Part shown: in pieces, positions 34,778 through 47,200 of the stretch
Position numbering within the stretch: position 1 is the first letter of the stretch
How the letters are laid out: every line of letters starts with the position of its first letter
Origin: a virus
Taxonomy: Duplodnaviria > Caudoviricetes
Reading direction: 5' to 3' (one strand)
Virus record (IMG/VR): IMGVR_UViG_3300025389_001380
Span: 3,818-67,817 of that record
DNA: 64,000 nt
Notes under the pieces: model-generated
What the model saw: only the letters and a program-made list of their open reading frames with translations
The model's database searches: none
What the model was told of the DNA's origin: nothing
Translations under genes and position numbers: made by a program

Positions 34778-37062
34778 GCATGAACACGTTTGAAGCGCCG
34801 CTGCAGCGAGCTTATCAGCTGGCCAGCAGCTTGAACCATGAATTGGTCACTCTTGAACATCTGCTAGCAGGGCTGCTAGAGATAGAACAGATACAGCAGC
34901 TGATCATCCGAGGCGGCGGCAATCTAGACAACATTGTCAAGGCCACTAGCGATTGGTTGGGCAATGACAGCAATCACGTGATCATCAAGCAGGGCAGCTT
35001 CCAGCCTCGCCACACAGCATTGCTGAGCAACGTGATCAAGAAAGCCAAGACGCAGAGCATGTTCAGCGGTCGCAATGATATCGGACCTGTGGACATCTTC
35101 CTTGCGCTGTATCACATCCCAGACAGCCCAGCTAGCTGGTTCATAGAACAGTTCGCACCACCCAAAGAGCGAGTAGCAGAACTGCTACACAGAGGTGATA
35201 TCGAACCTGATGCAGAAATGGACAGCAAGACAGCGCTGGAGATACTGCACACTTACTGCATCAATCTCAATGCCAAGGCACAGGCAGGACGCATAGATCC
35301 CTTGATTGGTCGCGAGCGTGAAGTTGAACAGATCTGCCAGATCATGGCACGCCGCAACAAACACAACGTGATCATGACCGGTGACCCAGGCGTGGGCAAG
35401 ACCATCATAGTGGAAGGTCTAGCACGTCGCATCGTAGAAGGTGCTGTGCCTGACAGCTTGATCGATCACACCATCTGGAACCTAGACGTGGCCACGTTGG
35501 TAGCTGGCACCAAGTTCCGCGGTGACTTTGAAGAGCGCCTCAAGCAGATCATCGCAGCACTGACCGCACTGCCCAAGACCATAGTGTTCATAGACGAGAT
35601 CCACATGATCATGGGCGCTGGCAATGGCGGCGGTGGCGGCAGCATTGACGCAGCCAACATGCTGAAACCAGCACTGAGCCGCGGTGAGATCTGCTGCATT
35701 GGCAGCACTACCAACGAGGAATATCGCAAGCACTTTGAGAAGGATCGTGCGCTGGTACGTCGCTTCCAAAAGCTGGACATATTTGAACCCAGCATCGAGG
35801 ACAGCAAGCGCATCCTACAGGGCATTGCCAAGCACTACGAAGAATATCATGGCATCGAGTTTGAACCAGAAGCACTAGATGCAGCTGTGGATCTCACTGC
35901 TAGGCACATGCACGACCGCTGCTTGCCAGACAAAGCCATTGACATCATTGACAGCGCAGCTGCCTGGCAGAGGATCAAACCCGAAGCAGAACGTGCTAAA
36001 GTTCTCACACGAGAGATGATAGAAGCAGAAGTCAGCAGAGTAGCCAAGGTACCTGTTACTACAGTTAAGAGCAAGGAAGCAGACAATCTCGCACGCCTTG
36101 ACACTGATCTCAAGGCCAAGATATTTGGTCAGCAGGATGCCATCGACGGAGTGGTCAATGCCATCTACATGAGCCGCAGCGGCCTGCGTGAAAGCGACAA
36201 GACCGTGGGCAGCTTCTTGTTCTCAGGGCCAAGCGGCGTGGGCAAGACCGAAGTTGCCAAGCAGCTGGCCAAGAGCCTGGGTGTGCATTTTGCTCGGTTT
36301 GACATGAGCGAATACCAAGAACGCCACACCGTGAGCAAGTTCATAGGATCACCTCCAGGCTATGTTGGATACGGAGACGGAGGTGCAGGCGGTGGTGTGC
36401 TGATCAACGAGCTTGACACTCATCCTCACTGCGTGCTGCTGTTTGACGAGATTGAAAAAGCACATCCAGATGTCTACAACATCTTCCTAGCACTGATGGA
36501 TCACGGAACGGTTACCAGTAGCCAAGGCAAATCTGCCAGCGCACGCAATGCTATCGTGATCTTTACCAGCAATCTTGGCGCAGCTGACATGGAGAAAGAA
36601 CTGATCGGCTTTACCAAGAGCACTGTGCGCGATGAGGACACGCAGGCTATCAACAAGTTCTTCACGCCAGAGTTCCGCAACAGGCTGGATGCTATCATCA
36701 AGTTCAACAAGCTGAACAAGGACAACATGGACAGCATCGTTGACAAATTCCTCAGTGAGCTCAATACTCTAAGCACACGCAAGAACGTGAACATAGTGTG
36801 CGATCCAGCTGCTAAACAGTGGCTGATCGACAAGGGATTTGACAGCAACATGGGAGCACGGCCATTGGCAAGGGTGATCGCAGAAAACATCAAGAAACCC
36901 CTGAGCCGCGAGATGCTGTTTGGCAAGCTGCGCCACGGTGGTGCTGTGATGATCACAGCCAAAGACGGCAAGCTGGAGTTTGAATATCTCAGCAATCCAG
37001 AACCTGCAGAAAGCGCAACGCTGCTGCTGCCAAATGCTGTCACTGAAAGCGTACCTTCATGA
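34774..37062 (+). CDS. clpA: ClpA-like Hsp100 AAA+ unfoldase
   Basis: Clp N-domain, NBD1 GDPGVGKT, pore loop GTKFRGDFEERL, NBD2 GPSGVGKT, IGF ClpP-docking loop (ELIGFTK); no ClpB middle domain. Confidence 0.9.
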   Translation: MSMNTFEAPLQRAYQLASSLNHELVTLEHLLAGLLEIEQIQQLIIRGGGNLDNIVKATSDWLGNDSNHVIIKQGSFQPRHTALLSNVIKKAKTQSMFSGRNDIGPVDIFLALYHIPDSPASWFIEQFAPPKERVAELLHRGDIEPDAEMDSKTALEILHTYCINLNAKAQAGRIDPLIGREREVEQICQIMARRNKHNVIMTGDPGVGKTIIVEGLARRIVEGAVPDSLIDHTIWNLDVATLVAGTKFRGDFEERLKQIIAALTALPKTIVFIDEIHMIMGAGNGGGGGSIDAANMLKPALSRGEICCIGSTTNEEYRKHFEKDRALVRRFQKLDIFEPSIEDSKRILQGIAKHYEEYHGIEFEPEALDAAVDLTARHMHDRCLPDKAIDIIDSAAAWQRIKPEAERAKVLTREMIEAEVSRVAKVPVTTVKSKEADNLARLDTDLKAKIFGQQDAIDGVVNAIYMSRSGLRESDKTVGSFLFSGPSGVGKTEVAKQLAKSLGVHFARFDMSEYQERHTVSKFIGSPPGYVGYGDGGAGGGVLINELDTHPHCVLLFDEIEKAHPDVYNIFLALMDHGTVTSSQGKSASARNAIVIFTSNLGAADMEKELIGFTKSTVRDEDTQAINKFFTPEFRNRLDAIIKFNKLNKDNMDSIVDKFLSELNTLSTRKNVNIVCDPAAKQWLIDKGFDSNMGARPLARVIAENIKKPLSREMLFGKLRHGGAVMITAKDGKLEFEYLSNPEPAESATLLLPNAVTESVPS

Positions 37063-37388
37063 ATCCCATATTGATGACCTTGATTGACATGGGTGCCTTA
37101 GCCAAGGACAGCATAGTAACTGCCAGGCAGGGCACTACCAATAAGTTTGGGATCGTGCAGTACAGATCAGACGAATATGTGATCAAAGATATCGTGAACA
37201 CAGCACAAGGTCGCTCCCTTAACCTGCGTGAGAATGACGGTGTGCGCGAACTGCGAGTGCAGATAGAAGACGTGATCGCCATAGACGGCATGAGCATAGA
37301 ACGCTATGCCGAGATCTACAACATCAATCCAGATGGTAGCTTGCGAAGCACAGGTCGCAAGCGTGGTCGCAAGCCAAAGATCAGATAA
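37059..37388 (+). CDS. Hypothetical protein (109 aa), basic C-terminal RKRGRKPK
   Basis: ATGA-coupled to clpA. Confidence 0.7.
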   Translation: MNPILMTLIDMGALAKDSIVTARQGTTNKFGIVQYRSDEYVIKDIVNTAQGRSLNLRENDGVRELRVQIEDVIAIDGMSIERYAEIYNINPDGSLRSTGRKRGRKPKIR

Positions 37389-37436
37389 AATACCGCATTT
37401 TAGCCATAAGTATCATGTCCATAGAGGAGACGAGAC

Positions 37437-37619
37437 ATGGCTAAATTGGTAGAAGAATTGGTGGTGATCAAGCTGAGCAAGATGGTCAAGGACGGTGCCA
37501 GCGATGATGCAGTGCTGACCGAGGAGCAACGCAGCATATTGGAAGCCACAGCACCTGCGCTGATAGAAGAAGTTCTCAATGATGCTAGCGTATTAGTAGA
37601 GCTTGCTGAATTAGGCTAA
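37437..37619 (+). CDS. Hypothetical protein (60 aa)
   Basis: GAGGAG SD. Confidence 0.65.
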   Translation: MAKLVEELVVIKLSKMVKDGASDDAVLTEEQRSILEATAPALIEEVLNDASVLVELAELG

Positions 37620-37629
37620 ACACCTGCCG

Positions 37630-37636
37630 CTAAATA
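37630..37636 (+). promoter_or_regulatory. Late-type promoter CTAAATA
   Basis: Upstream of 37659; flanked by a tgccgc/gcggca inverted repeat. Confidence 0.6.
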
Positions 37637-37658
37637 CTAGAAGCATTCAGGCGGCATC

Positions 37659-38993
37659 ATGATCAGCGTCACACTATTAGGTACCACTTACGATCAGATC
37701 AACGTCGTTGGACAGAAGGTCCCAGGCGCTGGTTACAACAACACGGTTGGTAACAACCATACCGTCAGCATCAATCTGGATAATTTCGTAGGCCGCATCT
37801 ATATACAGGGTAGCTTGGCCACAGATCCAAATCCAGACACTGATTGGTTCAACATACCCATAGGCAACGGCACGCCTTATGTGCAGTTTCCCTTGGATGC
37901 CGCATTGCCAACAGGCAACAACCCAGCGCTGAACCAATGGCCTGCCAACCAATATCCCACTGCTCAACAGGGTGATACTGGCATAGTTGCCTATAGCTTT
38001 AGCGGAAACTACATCTGGGTCCGTGCAGTGGTTGATAGGACCTATCTAGTTCCGCCTCCTACTGATCCATATTTCGTGGGTGCAGTCAGCCAGATACTGT
38101 TGAACTATGGTGCCATCGCCAGCAGCACTGTTGCGCCGCAGGCAACCAACACAGGCGGTGCTCAAGGACCTCCCGGACCTCCAGGTCCAACTGGTCCGCA
38201 AGGTACAGGTCCTACAGGCGCTGCTGGTCCCACGGGTCCTGCTGCTAGCGGAGCTTTCCAACGATACGACAGCTATGCTACGCCTGGCCAGACCGTTTTC
38301 TACGCATCATACACTCCAAACTTCGTAGACGTCTACTACAATGGTCTGCTGCTGGTTCCAGTGAGCGACTACACTGCCACAGATGGATCAACAGTGGTAC
38401 TGACCAGCGCAGCGCTGGGCGGCGATCCAGTCAGCATCGTAGCTTGGGAGATAGCCAATCTCAGCCAAGTGACAGGTCCTACAGGTCCCAGCGGCGGTCC
38501 AATAGGTCCAACTGGTAACACTGGTCCAACTGGTCACTCAGGACCAACAGGTCCAATCAGCACCGTGCCAGGTCCAACTGGAACTACAGGTTACACCGGT
38601 CCCACAGGCGCTACAGGTGCCACCGGCGCTGCTGCCACTAATCTGATCAGCTTCAGGCTGCTGTTCAACAGCGGCATCATACTACCAACCAATTTCGTAG
38701 ACAACTGCGTGAACATCAATCCTGATCAGATAACCAGGGCCAGCGATACGCAGATCACCATAGTGCACAACATGAACGCCTATCCAGGCATGGTGACTTG
38801 CCAAGGTGGTCCTCTGGCTCAACCAGCAGGCGCATATAGACAAACAGTGCCAAATGCTGCTACCACTGGCAGCTACAGCTCATTGAGCTTGGACATCAAC
38901 ACTACCAGCTTGTTCGCGCTAACACCCGGCAACACGGGCATCCCAGCCAGTGGGAATGGATATCTCTGGGTCACCATGATATTCACGGGTTGA
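37659..38993 (+). CDS. Virion structural protein with collagen segments (444 aa)
   Basis: GPT runs and one GQTVF-Y-P-FVDVYYNG-L-DYTATDG module. Confidence 0.7.
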   Translation: MISVTLLGTTYDQINVVGQKVPGAGYNNTVGNNHTVSINLDNFVGRIYIQGSLATDPNPDTDWFNIPIGNGTPYVQFPLDAALPTGNNPALNQWPANQYPTAQQGDTGIVAYSFSGNYIWVRAVVDRTYLVPPPTDPYFVGAVSQILLNYGAIASSTVAPQATNTGGAQGPPGPPGPTGPQGTGPTGAAGPTGPAASGAFQRYDSYATPGQTVFYASYTPNFVDVYYNGLLLVPVSDYTATDGSTVVLTSAALGGDPVSIVAWEIANLSQVTGPTGPSGGPIGPTGNTGPTGHSGPTGPISTVPGPTGTTGYTGPTGATGATGAAATNLISFRLLFNSGIILPTNFVDNCVNINPDQITRASDTQITIVHNMNAYPGMVTCQGGPLAQPAGAYRQTVPNAATTGSYSSLSLDINTTSLFALTPGNTGIPASGNGYLWVTMIFTG

Positions 38994-39005
38994 TGGAGGC
39001 ATAAA

Positions 39006-41216
39006 ATGGCATCCATACTCCCTATACTCACGCTGTATGTGGACAACATAACCATAACACCATTGGCATATTGGCCAGTTGACGAAGGTCCTGTGTATGG
39101 TTATGATCAATGGTGGTTAGGAGGACCTGCACCGCAGCCCTATCAGTGGACCATGACTGCCACGGTTACTCAGCAGAACCACAGCAGCTTTAGCACGCCG
39201 CAACTGTACATCTATGACGCCCTGGACATACAGGTTGGCATGTGGTATGGTGAAGCAGCCACAGGACGTTGCACCCAGATAGTAGAGATCATATCCGCCA
39301 CTGCTGATACCATAGTATGCGTGATAGAAGACACGGGTCGCTGGGAACAGTTCAGCAGCCCCAATGGTGTTGCAACAGCAGGTGATCCAGGATTCATCTT
39401 CACCATTGACGAGGATGGTGTACCTGTATTCCACACGCTGACTCTGTACAACAGCTTCATACAGCCCTATCCAGGCTTCCTGCAGGACGTGATCAGCAAG
39501 TTTGAAGCACGCAACCTCAAGCAGAACTTGGTAACGGTTTATCAGCCAAACAACGGTTTCTCAGTCGGCAACGTCATTTACCTCGGTCCAGATGGCTACT
39601 ATCGCCAAGCTGTAGCCAATGTTGCTGTCAGCACCAACGTTATTGGCACAGTGAGGCAGCTGGGAATACCGGGCTATGATTATTTCAGCTGGGAACCCAG
39701 AGGCAAGATATTATATGACCTCAGTGGATTGCCTGGCAATCCAGGTGACGTGCTGTGGCTGAGCCCTGACACCCCCGGTGGTCTCACCAGCGTCAAGCCT
39801 GCCAACTTGGCCATGGCTGTGTACATAAAGATCAATGATACCAGTGCAGTAAAGCTGGCACAGGTCGGCTACGTAGGCCCAATCAACAACTACACTGCCA
39901 CAGTACCGCCTACCATCAACAACGACGAGACTCAGGGTTACAGCTTTGGCAGCATGTGGATAGACATTGCCACGCACGTGGCATATATCTGCATCAATCC
40001 AACTACAGGCAACGCCAACTGGCAAGTGCTGGGAGCAGGAGGGCAAGGTGCAACTGGCGCAACTGGACCTCAAGGTCCAACAGGTGTCACTGGTCCTGCA
40101 GGAACTGCTACCAACACAGGTGCTACTGGTAGCACTGGTCCAACTGGTGCTGCAGGTCCCACAGGTCCTGCAGCGTTGGGTGCATATGCTCGCTTTGATC
40201 TCACGGCATCGCCGGGTCAGACTGTGTTCGCCGCGACGTATTATCCAAACTACGTAGATGTCTACTACGACGGTGTGCTGCTCACGCCCGACCTATATAC
40301 TGCTACAAATGGCACCACCATCACACTGGCAAACGCTGCCATAGGCGGCGATCCAGTAACCATCATAGCATGGCAGATAGCAGGTGTGAATCCCACAGGA
40401 CCTACTGGTAACACTGGTCCGATCGGTCCAACAGGTCCTGCCAACGTTGGAGCCTTCCAAGAATACAACTTCAACGCTAGCAGTGGACAGACCATATTCA
40501 CCTGCGCATATACACCGCCATATGTTGAAGTATATGTAAACGGTGTCAAGCTTACACCAAGCGAATATAACGCTACCAATGGTACTCAGGTCATATTGAA
40601 TGCTGCCAGCGTGGCAGGAGACACTGTTGATGTCATAGCATGGAGCGTGAGCTCCATAAGCCAACTAACAGGTCCAACTGGTCCAACAGGCGTTGCAGTT
40701 GGTTATTTTGTCAGCAATATAGCAGTGCGCAACAGCCTCACAGTGACCTTAGGTACCATCGTTTACGTTTACGATGATGGTAGTGGTCACAACCAAGCCT
40801 ATCTAGCGGCACAGCTTGGACCTACCGTCTGGGTACCATTGGGGTTGAATCTGGATGGCAATAATGTTGGCAACAGCACCAGCGGGTTTCAGACGCTGTC
40901 TTATGAATTCACAGCTACCGGTGATTATACCAATACAAATGCTGTGGTGGTCGGAACCATGGCTCCAACCGTAACAGTGACCGAGCTAGACGTGAGCATC
41001 TTGACACCTTTCAACGATCCAGCAGCATTTCTAACAGTAGGCAATCCTGCTAGCCATGCATTGCTTATGGGCAACGGGCAGATAAACACTCAGACTGTGG
41101 GAACCTACATAGGCAAACCAAACTATCTAGTCACGCAAACTACCACAATCAATGCATATGTTGGGGTTGGAACCAGCACAACAGGCAGTTGGCGCATCAA
41201 GATGAGCTACAGCTGA
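39006..41216 (+). CDS. Virion structural protein with collagen segments (736 aa)
   Basis: GPT/GAT runs, two GQT-F/VDVY-NG modules and an NDETQGYSFGSMW motif. Confidence 0.7.
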   Translation: MASILPILTLYVDNITITPLAYWPVDEGPVYGYDQWWLGGPAPQPYQWTMTATVTQQNHSSFSTPQLYIYDALDIQVGMWYGEAATGRCTQIVEIISATADTIVCVIEDTGRWEQFSSPNGVATAGDPGFIFTIDEDGVPVFHTLTLYNSFIQPYPGFLQDVISKFEARNLKQNLVTVYQPNNGFSVGNVIYLGPDGYYRQAVANVAVSTNVIGTVRQLGIPGYDYFSWEPRGKILYDLSGLPGNPGDVLWLSPDTPGGLTSVKPANLAMAVYIKINDTSAVKLAQVGYVGPINNYTATVPPTINNDETQGYSFGSMWIDIATHVAYICINPTTGNANWQVLGAGGQGATGATGPQGPTGVTGPAGTATNTGATGSTGPTGAAGPTGPAALGAYARFDLTASPGQTVFAATYYPNYVDVYYDGVLLTPDLYTATNGTTITLANAAIGGDPVTIIAWQIAGVNPTGPTGNTGPIGPTGPANVGAFQEYNFNASSGQTIFTCAYTPPYVEVYVNGVKLTPSEYNATNGTQVILNAASVAGDTVDVIAWSVSSISQLTGPTGPTGVAVGYFVSNIAVRNSLTVTLGTIVYVYDDGSGHNQAYLAAQLGPTVWVPLGLNLDGNNVGNSTSGFQTLSYEFTATGDYTNTNAVVVGTMAPTVTVTELDVSILTPFNDPAAFLTVGNPASHALLMGNGQINTQTVGTYIGKPNYLVTQTTTINAYVGVGTSTTGSWRIKMSYS

Positions 41217-41235
41217 TCGCAGTCACAAGGCCAAA

Positions 41236-41242
41236 CTAAATA
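41236..41242 (+). promoter_or_regulatory. Late-type promoter CTAAATA
   Basis: Upstream of 41283. Confidence 0.6.
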
Positions 41243-41282
41243 TACCAGCTATATTGGCCAAGATCTGCGAGCTGGGAACAGG

Positions 41283-44200
41283 ATGACGCTGCCTAATAAT
41301 CCAACATTTGAATATAAACTCAGCGGCGTTTCTGGCGATCTCTCATTAGGCAAGAACGGACCGCGCCTGCTGAACAGCAATGGTTCTGTAGAGTTCGTCA
41401 CATTTGATGGCCAACCAGGTAACATAACCGTAAATCAGGGTTTCTTTGCCAACATTGGTGTTGGCACAGCTCAAGCCTATTATCCCGTTGACATATACGG
41501 GAACATACACATCAGCAACACCACGTCTACTACCAGCGGAATCATCTGGCCAGATGGTACATTCCAGACCACTGCTGCCTATTATACACCTCCGGGTGGT
41601 AGCAACGGCAGCGTGCAATTTAACCAAGGCAATCTGTTCACAGGCAACAGCCTATTTTCTTTTGACGACGCCAACGTGCGACTTGGCATCGGTACCGGCA
41701 CTCCTGCCAGCACGCTCAGCGTCTATGGCAACATACAGATCGCAGATTCGGCTGGCGACAATAATGGTATAGTGTTCCCAGACGGCAGCTTCCAAAACAC
41801 CGCAACTAAGAACACCCCAAGCTTTGGCCCACCCGGCACGGTACAGTTTGCAGGTGTAGGTAATAGTTTCAGCGGTGACAGTAGCAGCTTCTTTTGGAAC
41901 ACTAGCAATTCTACGCTGATATCCAGCAGTCTGTTCCTTACCAGCAACATAGCCAGCAACGATATATTTTCTGGTGCGCTGGTGGTACAGGGCGGCGTAG
42001 GTATAAGTGGCGATCTACACGTTGCCGGCAACATATTTGGCAGTAATGTCAGCGTCATCACAGGCAACTCTGGTGTTTTCTACGGCGATAGCGAGGGTTT
42101 TGGCGCCATATATGGCGGCATTCCCATGGGTTATACCTACCAACCCAACACAGTATTGCAGCTCAGTGCCAATGCCAACGATTACGCGCAGCTTAACATT
42201 CAGAACGTAAACTACAGGTTTGCTGCTAGCACTGACATCGTAGCCACGGCAGACAACGGCAATGCCAATGATACCTATATAGACATGGGTATCAACAGCA
42301 GCCAATTCTTCCAAGCTACCATAGACGGCGCCAATGACGGTTATCTCTATGTGGCTGGCAATGCTGTAACTGGCGGCGGTAACTTGGTGTTTGGCACCCT
42401 AGCTGCCAATGACATCATATTCGCCCAAGGCGGAGCTGCTTACGGCAACGAAGTAGCGCGGTTTGTCTACGGCCAGGGCCTGATACTAGAACTCAACACA
42501 GCCAGCTATAGCACAGGCACCGGCGCGCTGGTAGTGTCGGGCGGTGTAGGTATCAACGGCAATCTCAACGTTGGTAATGCTGCTTCAGTGGGCAGCATCT
42601 TCAGCAATTCAACCATACAGTCTGCTGGACAAGCTACTGTCAACAGCCTTATAGCCAATGCCAACATCAGCAGTGCAAACATCAACATCGCTGCCACTGG
42701 CTGGCTAGGGAACGTATACTCAAATGGTTTCACGCAGACAGCCGGAATTACAGTAACCAATCAGCTGATCAGCAACACCAGCATCTACGCTGCTAACCTA
42801 AACGTAGCTGGCTTGCTACGAGCAGGCAATATCTACAGCAATGGGTTCACTCAGACAGCTGGGCTGTCAGTAGCCAATCAGATCATCAGCAACAGCAACA
42901 TCTACGGTGCTAACCTAAACATACAGGGCACTGCTTGGGCAGGCAATGTCTACAGCAACGGCACCATACAGAGCACGGGTCTTGCCACAGTAAACCAACT
43001 GATCAGCAATGCCAACATCAGTGGTGCTAATCTGAACATCAGTGGCACTGCATGGCTTGGCAACGTTTACAGCAATGGATTCAGCCAAACAGCTGGTCTC
43101 GCAGTGGTCAACCAACTGATCAGCAACAGCAACATCTTTGGTTCAAACTTAAATGTTCAAGGACCAGCAAGCGTTGGCAGCTTGATCAGCAACAACACCA
43201 TACAGGCCAGTGGCACTGCAACTGTCAACGCATTATACGCAAACACAGTCGTGCAGACTGCGACCATCAACGCTACCAGCAGTGCTCAGGTCAATAGTCT
43301 GCAGAGCAATATATCCATACAAACACCAGGTCCGGTGACCGCAGGTAGCGTGAATAGCAATGGTGCCATAGTTGGTCAAAGTATCAACAGCAACGGAGCG
43401 ATACAAGCGGCTGGCACAGCAATAGTAAATGCTCTATACAGCAATAGCAGCATACAAGCAGCTGGCAGCCTCACTGTAAACAGCCTAAACAGCAATGGCA
43501 GCATAGTAGGCAGCTCACTTACCAGCAACGGCACAATACAAGCTGCCGGAACTGTGATAGCTGCAGCTATAACAAGCAATAGCACCATACAGAGCGCAGG
43601 CGCGGCTACAGTTGCTTCATTGGTCAGCAACAGCACCATACAGAGCGCAGGCGTTGCCACAGTTTCTGCATTGATCAGCAATAACAATGTCTACGGCGCA
43701 ACACTGCAGAGCAGCGGATTAGCCACGGTTGATAGCCTGGTGGTAAACAACAACAGCACCACTAGCACGCTGGTAGTGAGAAATGGTGCACAGGTCAACA
43801 CGCTCAGTAGCAACACTGCAATCAGTGCCAATGGATTGATATCTGGTCAGCAGATTCGCAGCAACGGATTCATCGAGGGACAGACCTTAAAAACCACTGG
43901 CATAGCTGTGGTCCAGCAGTTCGTCAGCAACACAGAAGCCACTGCTAATACTCTGAACATAATAACCAATGCTGTGGTCCAGACCATCACCAGCAACACC
44001 AGCATACAGGCTGCAACATCGGTATTAGCCAATACCATCAACAGCAATCTCAGCATAACGTCGCCAGCTATTAACGCTCTGAACCAACTGAGCAGCAACA
44101 CTATTGTCAGCAACGTGGGCATCACAGCAGCCAACATAGCCGCTAGTGGTGTGGTAACCATCACCAACAACACAGCCAGCGGCAGCACAGGATCAGGCGC

Positions 44201-47200
44201 TCTCATAGTCACCGGTGGCGTTGGCATAGGTGGTAATCTCAACGTTGGTGGACAGCAGAGCCTGTTCGCAGGTAACCTCATAGTCAGTGGTAACTTCATC
44301 GTTCGCGGTAACAGCACGATCGTGAACAGCAACACCATCAGCGTCACAGGTCCAACCATTGAAGTTGGTTCTGACAACGGCGAAGGCAACGTTCTCGTCA
44401 ACAACGATGGTTATGACCGCGGCGTGATAATGAACTATTTTGTCCTAAACGACAACAATGCGTTCATGGGCTGGCAGAATAGCACTGGCAGGTTCGTTTT
44501 CCTAACAAACGTGCAGCCCGGTGTTAGCAATCTAGTCAATCCGTTTGAAAGCGTTCCTGGCTACGTATACGGTGCAGCGCACTTTGGTGATTTGCTGCTG
44601 AGCAACACCACTGTAAGCATCAACAGCACAAGCGGTGCATTGGTCGTCAACGGTGGTGTGGGAATAGGTGGCAGTGTCAATGCCATAGGCCAGATTGCAA
44701 CCACAGGACAGGGTCGCTTTGGTCAGGACCTTCTGGCTAACCAGCTGAATTCAAACGCAGCAATCAGTGCTGTTGGTACCATAACTGGTTCCAGCATACA
44801 CGCTAACAATGAAGTTAGCAGCACTAACATGAGTGCCACCAATTCTATAAGCGCTGCGCTGATAGCTGCAAACAACAGCGTGACATCAGCAAGCGTAACT
44901 GCGCTCAACAACATCACAGGTAATATACTGGTTGGTAACGTAGCCGTTATCTCGCCATACCTGCAGGCACTCAATCAGGTAACAGCGCAGAACATCATAG
45001 CTAACAGCAGCGTGGTTACCACCACGCTGATCACGGGCGGGCTGGCGCAGGTTAATGCTCTAAACAGCAACACCAACGTCAGTGCCAATGATATCAGTGC
45101 TGTAAACCGCATCAGCGCCAACGTGATAGCAGCCAATGTGGCTATCGCAGTGCCAAGCCTCACGGTATCTGGCACTATTACAGGTAACAACATCGTTGCC
45201 AACAGCACAATCGGTACAACAGAGCTTTATGTAGCTGACGTAGCAACCGTCAACAGCTTGGTAAGCAACACCACTGTGAACGTTGATACGATCAATTCAA
45301 ACTTGATCTACAACAGCTCGTATCTTTACACCGCAAGAATACAAGCGGCTAATAGGATCACCGGCAATACTATCGTGTCAAACGGTGTGGTATCTGGCGA
45401 TTTCGTACAGGGCATCACTGGTGTCAATGGCGGATTCGTTACCAGCAACAGCTACATCATCGGTGATAGGATCATATCAAACAGCTATGTTGCAGCACAG
45501 AGCATAGATGTCACAGACAGTGCGTTGATAAACCTGCTGTTCGTCAACACTGACGTCTACAGCAACACCCTTGTAGCTAGATTTGGAATCATTGGCGATT
45601 ACATAACTTCAAACACTGGCATACAGAGCACTGGCCTCATACTGGCTGATCAGCTGCATGCCAACGTGGCTATCAGCACACCGCAGTCACTGTATGCAGG
45701 AACCATCTATGCCAACACCAACATACAGTCAGCTGGTCCAGTCGTAGCCACAAGCATATTCAGCAACACAACCGTTCAGTCTCCGGGCGCTGGCGAATTT
45801 GGCAGCATAACCAGCAACGGCATCGTGCAGGCCGGACTAACCGTGATAGGTGCTGCGTTCATTAGCAACAGCTCAGTGCAGGCCAACGGCGCAATAGTCG
45901 GCTCTAGCATCACCAGCAACACTTTTGTGATCGCTGCCAGCCAGATAATGGGACAAAGCTTGGTCAGCAACAGCACAATACAAAGTGCTGGCACTACCAC
46001 TGTTAATGCTTTGGTCAGCAATACTACGATACAGGCTGCAGGCACTGCCAATGTAGGCAATCTTATCACAAGTGGCACTGTAACGCTTTTAGGTGGCAAT
46101 ATCACAGGCGTAAACACGCTGTTCACGCATAACGTGATCGCAAACGGTCTCATCAGTGCACCAAACTTTTCTAGCAATAGTTTCATATCAAACTCAAACA
46201 TTGGCATAGGAACCAGCGTCGTCAACTATCCGTTGGACGTGTACGGCAACATTCACATTGGCAACACTGCTGCTATCAGTGGCATCCTGTTTAGCGACGG
46301 GACCTTCCAAAACACTGCAGCGGCTTATACACCCAGCTTTGGTTCGCCATATACCATTCAGTTTGCAGGCAACAGCAACACGTTCAGCGGCGACAGCACA
46401 CATCTAGCTTGGGATGTTGCCAATCTCGCACTGAACACCAGCAACTTGGAAGTTGTCAACAGTGCCAACATTGGTTTGAACGCCAGCATAGGCAACAACA
46501 TCTATCTTGTAGGTAACCTCAACGGTAGCAATACCACCATCATGCAGGGCAAGACTGCTATATTGCAAGGCGGTGCAGGTGGCTTTGGTGCACTATATGC
46601 AGGTGTGCAAGACTATACCAACTACCAACCAAACACTGTAGCACTGTTTGCTGGCAACATCAACGGTACTGTGCAGGTAGGCGTCCATAACGACAGCAGC
46701 GGAGCAAGTGCAAGCGGCGACCTCGTTATCACAGCAGACAACGGCAATGCCAACGATACCTACATAGATCTTGGCATCAACAGCAGCGGCTGGAACAACA
46801 CCACCGTTGATAGAGCCAATGATGGCTATCTGTTCGTGCATGGTAACACAGCAACAGGTGGTGGTAATCTGGTCCTAGGCACCATGCTCAACAATGACAT
46901 CGTGTTCACGCAAGGTGGCAATGCTGCTGCTAAACAAGTGGCGCGATTCGTGTATGGACAGGGGCTGCTGATCAACAGCACCGTGAACAGCGCCAATCTC
47001 AGCGTAGCCAGCTTGGTAACCTCTGGCGGTGCTGCGATCGGTCTCAATGCTTTGATAGGTGGCAACTTGACAGCCAGCTACGGCACCGCTGGTACGGTTA
47101 CCATAGGCGGCGATCCAAATGGCAGCATAGAGATAGGACAGCAAGGTCGTGCTACACCTGGCACACCATACATAGATTTCCACAGCAGCGCCAGCAGCAA

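Noticed and set aside
42070-47030. Repeat pair as DGR template/variable region
   Set aside because: No reverse transcriptase in the window, and the differences are not adenine-specific; they look like ordinary synonymous divergence.
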